Shown here in pieces: positions 23,649 to 35,024 of a stretch of 64,000 bases of DNA. Positions within the stretch are counted from its first letter, which is position 1. The number at the start of each line of letters is the position of its first letter. The position numbers and the translations under genes are program-made. The notes under the pieces are model-generated. The model worked only from the letters and a program-made list of their open reading frames with translations, had not been told where the DNA came from and did no database searches. The stretch is from Eledone cirrhosa (lineage: Eukaryota), in NCBI GenBank assembly GCA_964016885.1, contig OZ024742.1, forward strand, positions 266,104,001 to 266,168,000, written 5' to 3'.

Positions 23649-26600
23649 TTTCGCCAATCCACCGCTGCTTCAATTATTTCTATGATGTACTCATGTAAAT
23701 CGTAAAGTACAAATTCTTCTCTCCATTCCACGCTCAATTTCGTACATAGTCCAAACAAACATCCAATCTCGCAAAATCCGAAATCTGTATTTTTTTGTTA
23801 TCTATTTAAGGTTTAAATACGGTGTTTTTGTCGTATTGAACAGAACAAATCTTGCAGTTTTGCTTTTTGTTAAATCGCTGTTAAACATTCATAACCTTCC
23901 AGCTAGCTACCCCACACCCCTCCCTCCCGCCCCCACACACCACCATACTTAATACGTGGACCAATCATAAGCCAGAGCCCCCCCCCCCCCCCCCCCCCCC
24001 CGCATCACCACCATTATTATAAGCCAGAGCCCCCCACCCCCACGCATCACCATTATTATTATTACGCGGACCAAATCATAAGCCAGAGGCCTATACTATC
24101 GCTTGCCCGGTTGCCTTCGATATATGATGGATGGATGGATGGACGGACGGACTGCGGAATCCTGGAGAGTGGAAGGGAGAGAAAAATCTGGACGCCCAGA
24201 GCGAAAATGCCAAAGTTAAAGTCAAATTCACCTCGTGGACGAGAATGCGAGCACTCCTCTTTGTTTCGTTCGCGGATGGCTAACATAACCCTATCTCCTC
24301 CCGCCCCCCACCCTCCAAACGCAACCCAAAACTTCAGAGTTGGTACCATAAATGTAGGCACCCTAAAGGGTCGCGCTAACGAGGTTGTAGAAATGCTTGA
24401 ACGTAAGGAGGTCGATGTTTGTTGTATTCAAGAGACCAGGTGGAGGGGTGGGTCTGCTAGATTCATTGAGGGTAAAAAACGATGTTATAAGCTTTTCTGG
24501 GTGGGAAACGACGATGGGCTGGGTGGAGTAGGAATCATGGTAGCAGAAAAGTGGGCAGATATGATAATAGACGTAAATAGAGTGAACGACAGAATAATTA
24601 AAATAAGACTTGTCCTCAATAGAACTACGGTGACAGTAATATCTGCGTACGCACCCCAATCCGGACTGCCCGGCACTATAAAAGACAGATTCTATGAGAC
24701 ACTGTTGCTAACTACCTCCCAAATATCTGACAGTGACTATATAATTATTGCAGGCGACCTAAATGGTCACGTTGGACAACATTGTGACGGCTACGACGAA
24801 ATCCATGGAGGCTATGGGTTTGGTACTAGAAATGAGGAAGGCTCCAGAATCCTGGAATACTGTGATGCAAATAACCTAACTATCTGTAACACTAACTTCA
24901 AAAAACGTGACAATCACCTGATTACCTATAGATCCGGGGAACACACAAGCCAGGTAGATTATATCCTTACCAGAAGACGTGACAGAGTGTCTGTTGTAAA
25001 CACTAAATCCCTCCCCCATGAAGAATGCACCTCCCAACATAGACTGATAATTAGCGACCTCATAGTCAGGACGAGACGTACCCGACAGCAGAAGAGGACT
25101 ATCCTCAGGAGGAAAATATGGAAACTAAAGGACCCCACAGCCAGAAATAAATTTCAAAGCATATTACTTGATGCTTTCGACAGTAAGGAAGAGCATCTAG
25201 AATCGGACAATATAGAGGGACAGTGGAAATTTCTGAAAGCAAACCTGCTGTTGGAGACAGACGAAGTCTGTGGCTGGAGCAGGCCTGTAGGCAGGAGGAG
25301 AGTAACATGGTGGTGGAACAATAGGGTGGAGGGGTCAATTAAGGCCAAAAAGCAGGCTTGGAAAGTATGGCGGGATGGGGGAAGTAGAGTAGACTATCAA
25401 GTGGCCAGGAGGGAAGCTAGGAGAGAAGTGTACTTAGCAAGAAGGGAAGCTGAGGAAAGAAAGTTCAAGCATGTTCTACAACGCGATGACCAAAAACGTG
25501 AGGTGTTCAGGATTGCCAGGCAATGCGTCAAGGAAAACCGTGATATTGTCGGGGAGAAGTGTGTACTTAACGATGATGGCATACTTGCCATCACCGACAC
25601 TGATAAGAAGGTAGCTTGGAAGTGTCACTATGAAAGGCTACTAAATGAGGAGAATAAATGGGAGAAAGACAGTCTCCCCCATATCGACCCGATAGAGGGA
25701 CCAGCAGTGTTAGTCGAGGGGAGTATAATAAGTAAGGCAATCAAGGATATGAAGACTGGTAAGGCGGCTGGGCCTTCGGAAATAGTTGCTGAGATGCTGA
25801 AGGCATCTGGCACGGTGAGACACACCATGGTCACCCGCATAGTTAACCAAGTCGTACAGAATGGGGTTGTTCCGAAGGACTGGCATAGCAGCATCATCGT
25901 TAACTGTTATAAGGGTAAAGGAGACGCCCTAGATAGGAGTAACTATAGAGGCATTAAATTAATCGACCAGGTCATGAAGGTCACGGAAAAAGTAATAGCG
26001 CAACTAATCAGAGAGAGAATTGATCTAGATGAAATGCAGTTCGGGTTTGTGTCAGGCAAAAGCACCACAGACGCTCTTTTCATAGTACGACAACTACAGG
26101 AGAAGTACCTAGCTAAAGGTAAACCCCTCTACTTAGCTTTTGTCGACCTGGAGAAAGCTTTCGACAGAGTCCCCCGCTCCATTATCTGGTGGGCTCTTAG
26201 AAAACTAGGCGTTGACGAATGGCTTGTGAGGGCTATACAAGCCATGTATAAAGAAACAGTCAGCAAGGTTAGAATTAACAACGAATATAGTGAAGAGTTT
26301 AGCGTAAAAGTTGGCGTCCATCAGGGCTCTGTTCTCAGCCCCCTACTATTTATTATTGCCCTTCAGGCTATAACAGAGGAGTTCAAGACAGGCTGCCCAT
26401 GGGAACTCCTATACGCAGACGACCTGACACTCATAGCGGAATCAATGGCCGAGCTAGAGAAGAAATTCCAAACATGGAAGCACGGCCTAGAGTCAAAAGG
26501 ACTTAAAATTAACCTGGCTAAGACCAAAGTTCTAGTTTGTAGGAAAGAAAACAAGGCGGCGGTCCCTTCTGGGAAATGGTCGTGCTCGGTATGTAGGAAA

Positions 26601-27736
26601 GGCGTAGGTAGAAACTCCATCTTATGTCCTAAATGCAAAGTATGGGTGCATAAAAGATGTAGTGGGATCACAGGTAAGCTAACTAAGAACATAGACTTTA
26701 CATGTGGCCGGTGTTCTGGTGCAATAAGTAGCAGCAAGTGCCCACAAAATACTAGCTCTTTCAATTGCGCAGAGGGTTCTATAGAAATAGTGGACAGCTT
26801 CCGTTACCTGGGCGATAAAATCAGCAGTGGGGGAGGGTGCTCTGAAAGTACTGTAGCTAGAGTCAGAACTGGTTGGAAAAAGTTCAGAGAGCTTATACCA
26901 CTATTAGCTGCTAAAGGGTTCTCCCTAAAAATGAAAGGCAGGTTGTACGATGCCTGCATACGAACAGCAATGTTGCATGGTAGTGAGACCTGGGCATTGT
27001 GTGCAGAGGATATACGCAGACTAGAGAGGAACGAAGCTTGCATGCTCCGCTGGATGTGTAACAGTAATATACGTGAACGGCAAAGCATAAACGAACTAAG
27101 GAAAAAATTAGAGATAAGAGGGATCAGATGTTGTTTACTCGAGAGAAGGCTGCGTTGGTATGGACACGTGATGCGCATGAAAGTCGATAGCTGTATTACA
27201 AAGTGCAGGGCAATAAAGATAGACGGTAGCCACGGAATAGGCAGACCTAGAAAAACATGGGATGAGCTGATAAACTCCGACCTCACACACTTACACCTCT
27301 CCAAGACAATGTCACTGGACCGTGACCTTTGGCGGTACTCAGTAACAGAGAAGACCCGCCTTGCCAGTAGGCATCTCTAACAAACTACACCCCGTCCCGC
27401 CACCACCACCACCCCATCCACACCACCCCGTTCTATGTAAAGTTATGTTGGTGCCGCGCCATCCAGGCCGAAACAAATGAGATCGTGTAGGTGTCACGAC
27501 AAAAAAACACACAGTCCACGCTGTAATGTGGCCGTGTAGGCAACACGGTAAAAACCTCCCAGACCCACACTGTAAATGTGGTTGGTGTTAGGAAGGGCAT
27601 CCAACTGTAGAAAAACTGCCAGACAGTCCTATGCGAGCAAGACAATCACTCTTGCCTCAAGTGGGACTACCCCCGTCCAAACCCATGCAAGCGTGGAACA
27701 CGGACGTTAAACGTTGATGATGATGATGATGATGAT
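23648..27736 (+). mobile_element. Full-length, apparently intact RTE-clade LINE (family A)
   Basis: 5'UTR, single APE+RT ORF, ~350-bp 3'UTR and (GAT)n tail; inserted in an interrupted TA array; CAT(AT)nACCAT(AT)n on both flanks is consistent with a TSD. Confidence 0.95.
24111..27380 (+). CDS. RTE ORF: AP endonuclease + reverse transcriptase with inserted PHD-type finger (true start probably ATG at 24207 or 24277)
   Basis: APE motifs GTINV, CIQETR, GDLNG, SQVDY, SQH; RT motifs FVDLEKAFD, GVHQGSVLSP, YADD, FRYLG; C-terminal RRLRWYGH...GRPRKTW; no stops. Confidence 0.95.
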   Translation: MPSIYDGWMDGRTDCGILESGRERKIWTPRAKMPKLKSNSPRGRECEHSSLFRSRMANITLSPPAPHPPNATQNFRVGTINVGTLKGRANEVVEMLERKEVDVCCIQETRWRGGSARFIEGKKRCYKLFWVGNDDGLGGVGIMVAEKWADMIIDVNRVNDRIIKIRLVLNRTTVTVISAYAPQSGLPGTIKDRFYETLLLTTSQISDSDYIIIAGDLNGHVGQHCDGYDEIHGGYGFGTRNEEGSRILEYCDANNLTICNTNFKKRDNHLITYRSGEHTSQVDYILTRRRDRVSVVNTKSLPHEECTSQHRLIISDLIVRTRRTRQQKRTILRRKIWKLKDPTARNKFQSILLDAFDSKEEHLESDNIEGQWKFLKANLLLETDEVCGWSRPVGRRRVTWWWNNRVEGSIKAKKQAWKVWRDGGSRVDYQVARREARREVYLARREAEERKFKHVLQRDDQKREVFRIARQCVKENRDIVGEKCVLNDDGILAITDTDKKVAWKCHYERLLNEENKWEKDSLPHIDPIEGPAVLVEGSIISKAIKDMKTGKAAGPSEIVAEMLKASGTVRHTMVTRIVNQVVQNGVVPKDWHSSIIVNCYKGKGDALDRSNYRGIKLIDQVMKVTEKVIAQLIRERIDLDEMQFGFVSGKSTTDALFIVRQLQEKYLAKGKPLYLAFVDLEKAFDRVPRSIIWWALRKLGVDEWLVRAIQAMYKETVSKVRINNEYSEEFSVKVGVHQGSVLSPLLFIIALQAITEEFKTGCPWELLYADDLTLIAESMAELEKKFQTWKHGLESKGLKINLAKTKVLVCRKENKAAVPSGKWSCSVCRKGVGRNSILCPKCKVWVHKRCSGITGKLTKNIDFTCGRCSGAISSSKCPQNTSSFNCAEGSIEIVDSFRYLGDKISSGGGCSESTVARVRTGWKKFRELIPLLAAKGFSLKMKGRLYDACIRTAMLHGSETWALCAEDIRRLERNEACMLRWMCNSNIRERQSINELRKKLEIRGIRCCLLERRLRWYGHVMRMKVDSCITKCRAIKIDGSHGIGRPRKTWDELINSDLTHLHLSKTMSLDRDLWRYSVTEKTRLASRHL

Positions 27737-27756
27737 CATATATATATATATATACC

Positions 27757-27787
<31 letters not shown>

Positions 27788-27799
27788 ATATATATATAT

Positions 27800-28102
27800 A
27801 TCATCATCATCATCATTTCATGTTACGTCCGCTTATTCCCTGCTTGCAAGGGTGGGACGGGAACTGATTCTGGCTTGATTTCTACAGCTGGATGCCCTTC
27901 CTAACACCAACCTCATTTACAGTGATTGCTGGGTGCTTTTTTACCGTGGCACCTCCACGACCACTTTGCAGTGGAATGATATGGACCCCAGTCCCTATCA
28001 TCTCATTTCTACAGCTGAGTAAACTGGAGCAATGTGAAATAAAGTGTCTTGCTCAAGGAAACAACACATCACCCGGTCTGAGAATTGAACTCACAACCTT
28101 TT
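27800..28102 (-). mobile_element. 5'-truncated, internally deleted (GAT)n-tailed tRNA-derived SINE
   Basis: Matches 41586-41972; truncated just upstream of the B-box, where it fuses to RTE-A. Confidence 0.85.
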
Positions 28103-28526
28103 GATTGGCGGTACTCAGTAATAGAGAAGACCCGCTTTACCTAAATACAAAGTAAAACCTACTACAGTCAGTAGGCATCTCTAACAAAATACACCCCCGT
28201 CCCACCACCCCCACCCCATCCACACCACCCCCTTCTATGTAAAGTTATGTTGGTGCCACAACATCCAGGCCGAAACAAATAAGATCGTGTAGGTGTCACA
28301 ACAAAAAACACACAGTGCACGCTGTAATGTGGCCGTGTAGGCAACACGGTAAAAACCTCCCGGCCCCACACTGTAAATGTGGTTGGTGTTAGGAAGGGCA
28401 TCCAGCTGTAGAAAACCCACCAGACAGTCCTATGCAAGCAATGACAACCACTCTTGCCTCAAGTGGGAAAACTCCCGTCCAAGCCCATGCAAGCGTGGAA
28501 CATGGACGTTAAACGATGATGATGAT
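28103..28526 (+). mobile_element. RTE family A 3' fragment fused head-to-head with the SINE
   Basis: ORF end plus 3'UTR plus (GAT)n tail. Confidence 0.9.
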
Positions 28527-28773
28527 ATATGATATATATATATATATATGATATATATATATATATATGATATATATATATATATATGATATATATATAT
28601 ATATGATATATATATATATATATGATATATATATATATATATGATATATATATATATATGATATATATATATATATATGATATATATATATATATATGAT
28701 ATATATATATATATATGATATATATATATATATGATATATATATATATATGATATATATATATATATGATATA

Positions 28774-28822
<49 letters not shown>

Positions 28823-28866
28823 ATATATATCATATATATATATATATATATATATATGATATATAT

Positions 28867-28900
<34 letters not shown>

Positions 28901-28986
28901 ATATATATATATGATATATATATGATATATATATATATATATATGATATATATATGATATATATATATATATATATGATATATATA

Positions 28987-29031
<45 letters not shown>

Positions 29032-29050
29032 ATAAGTAAATATGATATAT
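28527..29050. repeat. GAT(AT)n array
   Basis: Continues directly from the (GAT)n tail; units about 16-19 nt near the tail. Confidence 0.92.
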
Positions 29051-29468
29051 AGTAACAGAGAAGGCCCGCCTTACCTAAATACATAGTAAAACCTACTACA
29101 GCCAGCAGGTATCTCTAACAAAATACACCCCGTCCCACCACCCCCACCCCATCCACACCACCCCCTTCTATGTAAAGTTATGTCGGTGCCACGCCATCCA
29201 GGCCGAAACAAATAAGATCGTGTAGGTGTCACGACAAAAAAACACACAGTCCACGCTGTAATGTGGCCGTGTAGGCAACACGGTAAAAACCTCCCAGACC
29301 CACACTGTAAATGTGGTTGGTGTTAGGTAGGGCATCCAGCTGTAGAAAACCTGCCATACAGTCCTATGCGAGCAAGACAATCACTCTTACCTCAAGTGGG
29401 AATACCCCCGTCCAAACCCATGCAAGCGTGGAACACGGACGTTAAACGTTGATGATGATGATGATGAT
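29051..29468 (+). mobile_element. RTE family A 3' fragment
   Basis: 3'UTR plus (GAT)n tail; followed by GAT(AT)n array 29469-30125. Confidence 0.92.
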
Positions 29469-29910
29469 ATATATATATATATATGATATATATATATGTA
29501 TATATATATATCTATATATGATATATATATATGTATATATATATATCTATATATAATATATATATATGTATATGATATATATATCTATATATAATATATA
29601 TATATGTATATGATATATATATATATATGATATATATATATGTATATGATATATATATATATATATATATGATATATATATATGTATATGATATATATAT
29701 ATATATATATATATATGATATATATATGATATATATATGATATATATATATATATGATATATATATGATATATATATATATATATGATATATATATATAT
29801 ATATATATATGATATATATATATATATATATATATGATATATATATGATATATATATGATATATATATGATATATATGATATATATATATGATATATATA
29901 TATATATATG

Positions 29911-29957
<47 letters not shown>

Positions 29958-30070
29958 GATAAATATATATATATATATGATATATATATATATATGATAT
30001 ATATATATATATATGATATATATATATATATGATATATATAAATATATGATATATATAAATATATATATG

Positions 30071-30101
<31 letters not shown>

Positions 30102-30125
30102 ATATATATATATCATATATATATA

Positions 30126-31042
30126 TGGGAGGGCCCTGTAGAAACAGTAGACAGCTTCTGCTACCTAGGTGACCGAATTAGCAACGGAGGTGGGTGCTCA
30201 GAAAGTACAATAACTAGGGTAAGAACGGGATGGAAGAAGTTTAGGGAACTACTACCACTGCTAGCTGCAAAAGGCTTCTCCCTCAGAATGAAAGGCAGAC
30301 TGTATGATGCGTGTATCCGAACAGCGATGTTGCATGGTAGTGAGACCTGGGCGCTGAAGGTGGAAGACTTACGTAGATTAGAGGGAAACGAAGCCTGCAT
30401 GCTCCGATGGATGTGTAACAGTAATATACGTGAACGACAAAGCATAAAGGAATTGAGAGAGAGACTGAGCATAAGAGGAATCAAATGCTGCGTGCAGGAG
30501 AGGCGGTTACGCTGGTATGGACATGTGATGCGTATGAAGGATGACAGCTGCATAAAAAGGTGCAGAGCACTAGAAGTTGATGGAAACCGCGGAGTGGGGA
30601 GACCCAAGATGACTTGGGATGAGGTGATAAAAGCCGACCTTACCCAACTACACCTCTCAAAGTCAATGACACACGACCGTGACTTCTGGCGTCACGCAGT
30701 AATACAGGGTACCCGACCTCCCATGGGTACATGCTGAAGCATATAAACAATATGCCCCCCCCCCCACCCCTACCGCAAGGTGGTCGTGGAGGTGCCACGG
30801 CAAAAAAGCACCCAGCCCACACTGTAAAGTGGACGTGTAGGCGCCACGAAAAAGAACCCAGCACTCACTGTAAATGAGGTTGGTGTTAGGAAGGGCATCC
30901 AGCTGTAGAAATCAAGCCAGATCAGTTCCTGTATTAGCAAGGCATGGTCAGCCGACCAGACACTGCCCACAACAGGACAACCCGTCTAACCCATGCTAGC
31001 GTGGAAGAACGGACGTAAAACGGTGATGATGATGATGATGAT
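30126..31042 (+). mobile_element. RTE family B 3' fragment
   Basis: Near-identical to 46949-47865; ORF end ...GTRPPMGTC*; followed by GAT(AT)n array 31043-31665. Confidence 0.93.
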
Positions 31043-31436
31043 ATATATATGATATATATATATATATATATGATATATATATATATATATATGATATATA
31101 TATATATATATGATATATGATATATATATATGATATATATATATGATATATGATATATATATATGATATATATATATGATATATGATATATATATATATA
31201 TATGATATATATATATATATGATATATATATATATGATATATATATATATGATATATATATATATATATATATGATATATATATATATGATATATATATA
31301 TATATATATATGATATATATATATATATATATGATATATATATATATATATATATATCATATATATATATATATGATATATATATGATATATATATGATA
31401 TATATGATATATATATATATATGATATATATATATA

Positions 31437-31485
<49 letters not shown>

Positions 31486-31557
31486 ATATATATATATATA
31501 TGATATATATATATATATATGATATATATATTTCTATATGATATATATATATATATA

Positions 31558-31594
<37 letters not shown>

Positions 31595-31665
31595 ATATAT
31601 ATATATATATGATATATATATATATATATATATATGATATATATATATATATATATATGATATAT

Positions 31666-32463
31666 ATCATCATCATCATCATCAACGTTTAACGTCCGTG
31701 TTCCACGCTTGCATGGGTTTGGACGGGGGTAGTCCCACTTGAGGCAAGAGTGATTGTCTTGCTCGCATAGGACTGTCTGGCAGGTTTTCTACAGTTGGAT
31801 GCCCTTCCTAACACCAACCACATTTACAGTGTGGGTCTGGGAGGTTTTTACCGTGTTGCCTACACGGCCACATTACAGCGTGGACTGTGTGTTTTTTTGT
31901 CGTGACACCTACACGATCTCATTTGTTTCGGCCTGGATGGCGCGGCACCAACATAACTTTACATAGAACGGGGTGGTGTGGATGGGGTGGGGGTGGCGGG
32001 ACGGGGTGTAGTTTGTTAGAGATGCCTACTGGCAAGGCGGGTCTTCTCTGTTACTGAGTACCGCCAAAGGTCACGGTCCAGTGACATTGTCTTGGAGAGG
32101 TGTAAGTGTGTGAGGTCGGAGTTTATCAGCTCATCCCATGTTTTTCTAGGTCTGCCTATTCCGTGGCTACCGTCTATCTTTATTGCCCTGCACTTTGTAA
32201 TACAGCTATCGACTTTCATGCGCATCACGTGTCCATACCAACGCAGCCTTCTCTCGAGTAAACAACATCTGATCCCTCTTATCTCTAATTTTTTCCTTAG
32301 TTCGTTTATGCTTTGCCGTTCACGTATATTACTGTTACACATCCAGCGGAGCATGCAAGCTTCGTTCCTCTCTAGTCTGCGTATATCCTCTGCACACAAT
32401 GCCCAGGTCTCACTACCATGCAACATTGCTGTTCGTATGCAGGCATCGTACAACCTGCCTTTC

Positions 32464-32470
<7 letters not shown>
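31666..32470 (-). mobile_element. RTE family A 3' fragment (near-identical to the full-length copy)
   Basis: Reverse complement of about 26925-27736, including the RLASRHL* deletion variant. Confidence 0.95.
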
Positions 32471-32520
<50 letters not shown>

Positions 32521-32552
32521 ATATATATATATATATGATATATATATATATA

Positions 32553-32608
<56 letters not shown>

Positions 32609-32619
32609 TATATATATAT

Positions 32620-34980
32620 AACGTGAGGTGTTCAGGATTGCTAGGCAATGTGTCAAGGAAAACCGTGATATTGTCGGGGAGAAGTGTGTACTTAATGATG
32701 GTGTACTTGCCATCACTGACGCTGATAAGAAGGTAGCTTGGAAGTGTCACTACGAAAGGCTTCTAAATGAGGAGAATAAATGGGAGAAAGACAGTCTCCC
32801 CCACATCGACCCAATAGAGGGACCGGCAGTGTTAGTCGAAGGTAGTATAATAAGTAAGGCAATCAAAGATATGAAGATGGGTAAGGCGGCTGGGCCTTCG
32901 GAAATAGTTGCTGAGATGCTGAAAGCCTCTGGAACGGTGGGACACACCATGGTCACCCGGATAGTAAACCAAGTCATACAGAATGGGGTTGTTCCGAAGG
33001 ACTGGCGTAGCAGCATCATCATTAACTGTTACAAGGGTAAAGGAGATACCCTAGATAGGAGTAACTATAGAGGCATTAAATTAATCGACCAGGTCATGAA
33101 GGTCACGGAAAAAGTTATAGCGCAACTAATCAGAGAGAGAATTGATCTAGATGAAATGCAGTTCGGTTTTGTGTCAGGCAAAAGTACCACAGACGCTCTT
33201 TTCATTGTACGACAACTACAGGAGAAGTACCTAGCTAAAAGTAAACCCCTATACTTAGCTTTTGTTGACTTGGAGAAAGCCTTCGACAGAGTCCCCCGTT
33301 CCATTATCTGGTGGGCTCTTAGAAAACTAGGTGTTGACGAATGGCTTGTGAGAGCTATACAAGCCATGTATAAAGAAACAGTGAGCAAGGTTAGAATTAA
33401 CAACGAATATAGTGAAGAGTTTAGTGTAAAAGTTGGTGTACATCAGGGCTCTGTTCTTAGCCCCCTACTATTTATTATTGCCCTTCAGGCTATAACAGTG
33501 GAGTTCAAGACCAGCTGCCCATGGGAACTCCTATACGCAGATGATCTAACGCTCATAGCTGAATCAATGGCCGAGCTAGAGAAGAAATTCCAAACATGGA
33601 AGCATGGCCTAGAATCAAAAGGGCTTAAAATTAACCTGGCTAAGACTAAAGTTCTAGTTTGTAGGAAAGAAAACAAGGCGGCGGTCCCTTCCGGGAAATG
33701 GCCATGCTCAGTGTGTAGGAAAGGCGTAGGTAGAAACTCCATTTTATGTCCCAAATGCAAAGTATGGGTGCATAAAAGATGTAGTGCGATCACAGGTAAG
33801 CTAACTAAGAACATAGATTTTACATGTGGCCGGTGCTCTGGTGCAATAAGTAGCAGCAAGTGCCCACAGAATACTAGCTCATTCCATTGCACAGATGGTT
33901 CTATAGAAATAGTGGACACCTTCCGTTACTTGGATGACAAAATCAGCAGTGGTGGAGGGTGCTCCGAAAGTACAGTAGCTAGAGCCAGAACGGGATGGAA
34001 AAAGTTCAGAGAGCTTATACCACTATTGGCCGCTAAAGGGTTCTCACTAAAAATGAAAGGCAGGCTGTATGATGCCTGCATACGAACAGCAATGTTGCAT
34101 GGTAGTGAGACCTGGGCATTGTGTGCAGAGGATATACGCAGACTGGAGAGGAACGAAGCTTGCATGCTACGCTGGATGTGTAATAGTAATATACGTGAAC
34201 GGCAAAGCATAAACGAACTAAGGGAGAAATTATGAATAAGAGGGATCAGATGCTGTTTACTCGAGAGAAGACTACGTTGGTACGGGGTCATGATGCGCAT
34301 GAAAGACGACAGCTGTATAACAAAGTGCAGGGCAATAAAGATAGACGGTAGCTACGGAGTAGGCAGACCCAGAAAAACCTGGGACGAGCTGATAAATTCG
34401 GACCTCACACACTTACACCTCTCCAAGACAATGTCACTGGACCGAGACCTTTGGCGGTACTCAGTAATAGAGAAGACCCGCCTTACCTAAATACAAAGTA
34501 AAACCTATTACAGTCAGCAGGCATCTCTAACAAAATACACCCCTGTCCCACCACCCCATCCACACCGCCCCTTTCAATGTAAAGTTATGTTGGTGCCACA
34601 ACATCCAGGCCGAAGCAAATGAGATCGTGTAGGTGTCACAACAAAAAAACACACAGTCCACGCTGTAATGTGGCCATGTAGGCTACACGGTAAAAACCTC
34701 CCAGGCCCACACTGTAAATGTGGTTGGTGTTAGGAAGGGCATCCAGCTGTAGAAAACTCGCCAGACAGCCCACGCTGTAATGTGGCCGTGTAGGCAACAT
34801 GGTAAAAACCTCCCAGCCCCACACTGTAAATGTGGTTGGTGTTAGGAAGGGCATCCAGCTGTAGAAAACCCGGCAGACAGTCCTATGCGAGCAAGACAAT
34901 CACTCTTGCCTCAAGTGGGAAAACCCCCGTCCAAACCCATGCAAGCGTGGAACACGGACGTTAAACGTTGATGATGATGA

Positions 34981-34985
<5 letters not shown>
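32620..34985 (+). mobile_element. 5'-truncated RTE family A (premature stop at 34233; tandem duplication in the 3'UTR)
   Basis: ORFs 32628-34235 and 34290-34490 align to the full-length ORF; (GAT)n tail. Confidence 0.95.

Positions 34986-35020
<35 letters not shown>

Positions 35021-35024
<4 letters not shown>

Noticed and set aside
23648-24110. HDV-like ribozyme in the RTE 5'UTR (known for some RTEs)
   Set aside because: Could not identify the nested double pseudoknot by eye; needs an RNArobo/Infernal search.
25028-25042. TSQH in place of the canonical APE SDH as an inactivating mutation
   Set aside because: The divergent copy at 35021-35417 has the same TSQH, and QH variants occur in RTE-clade endonucleases.
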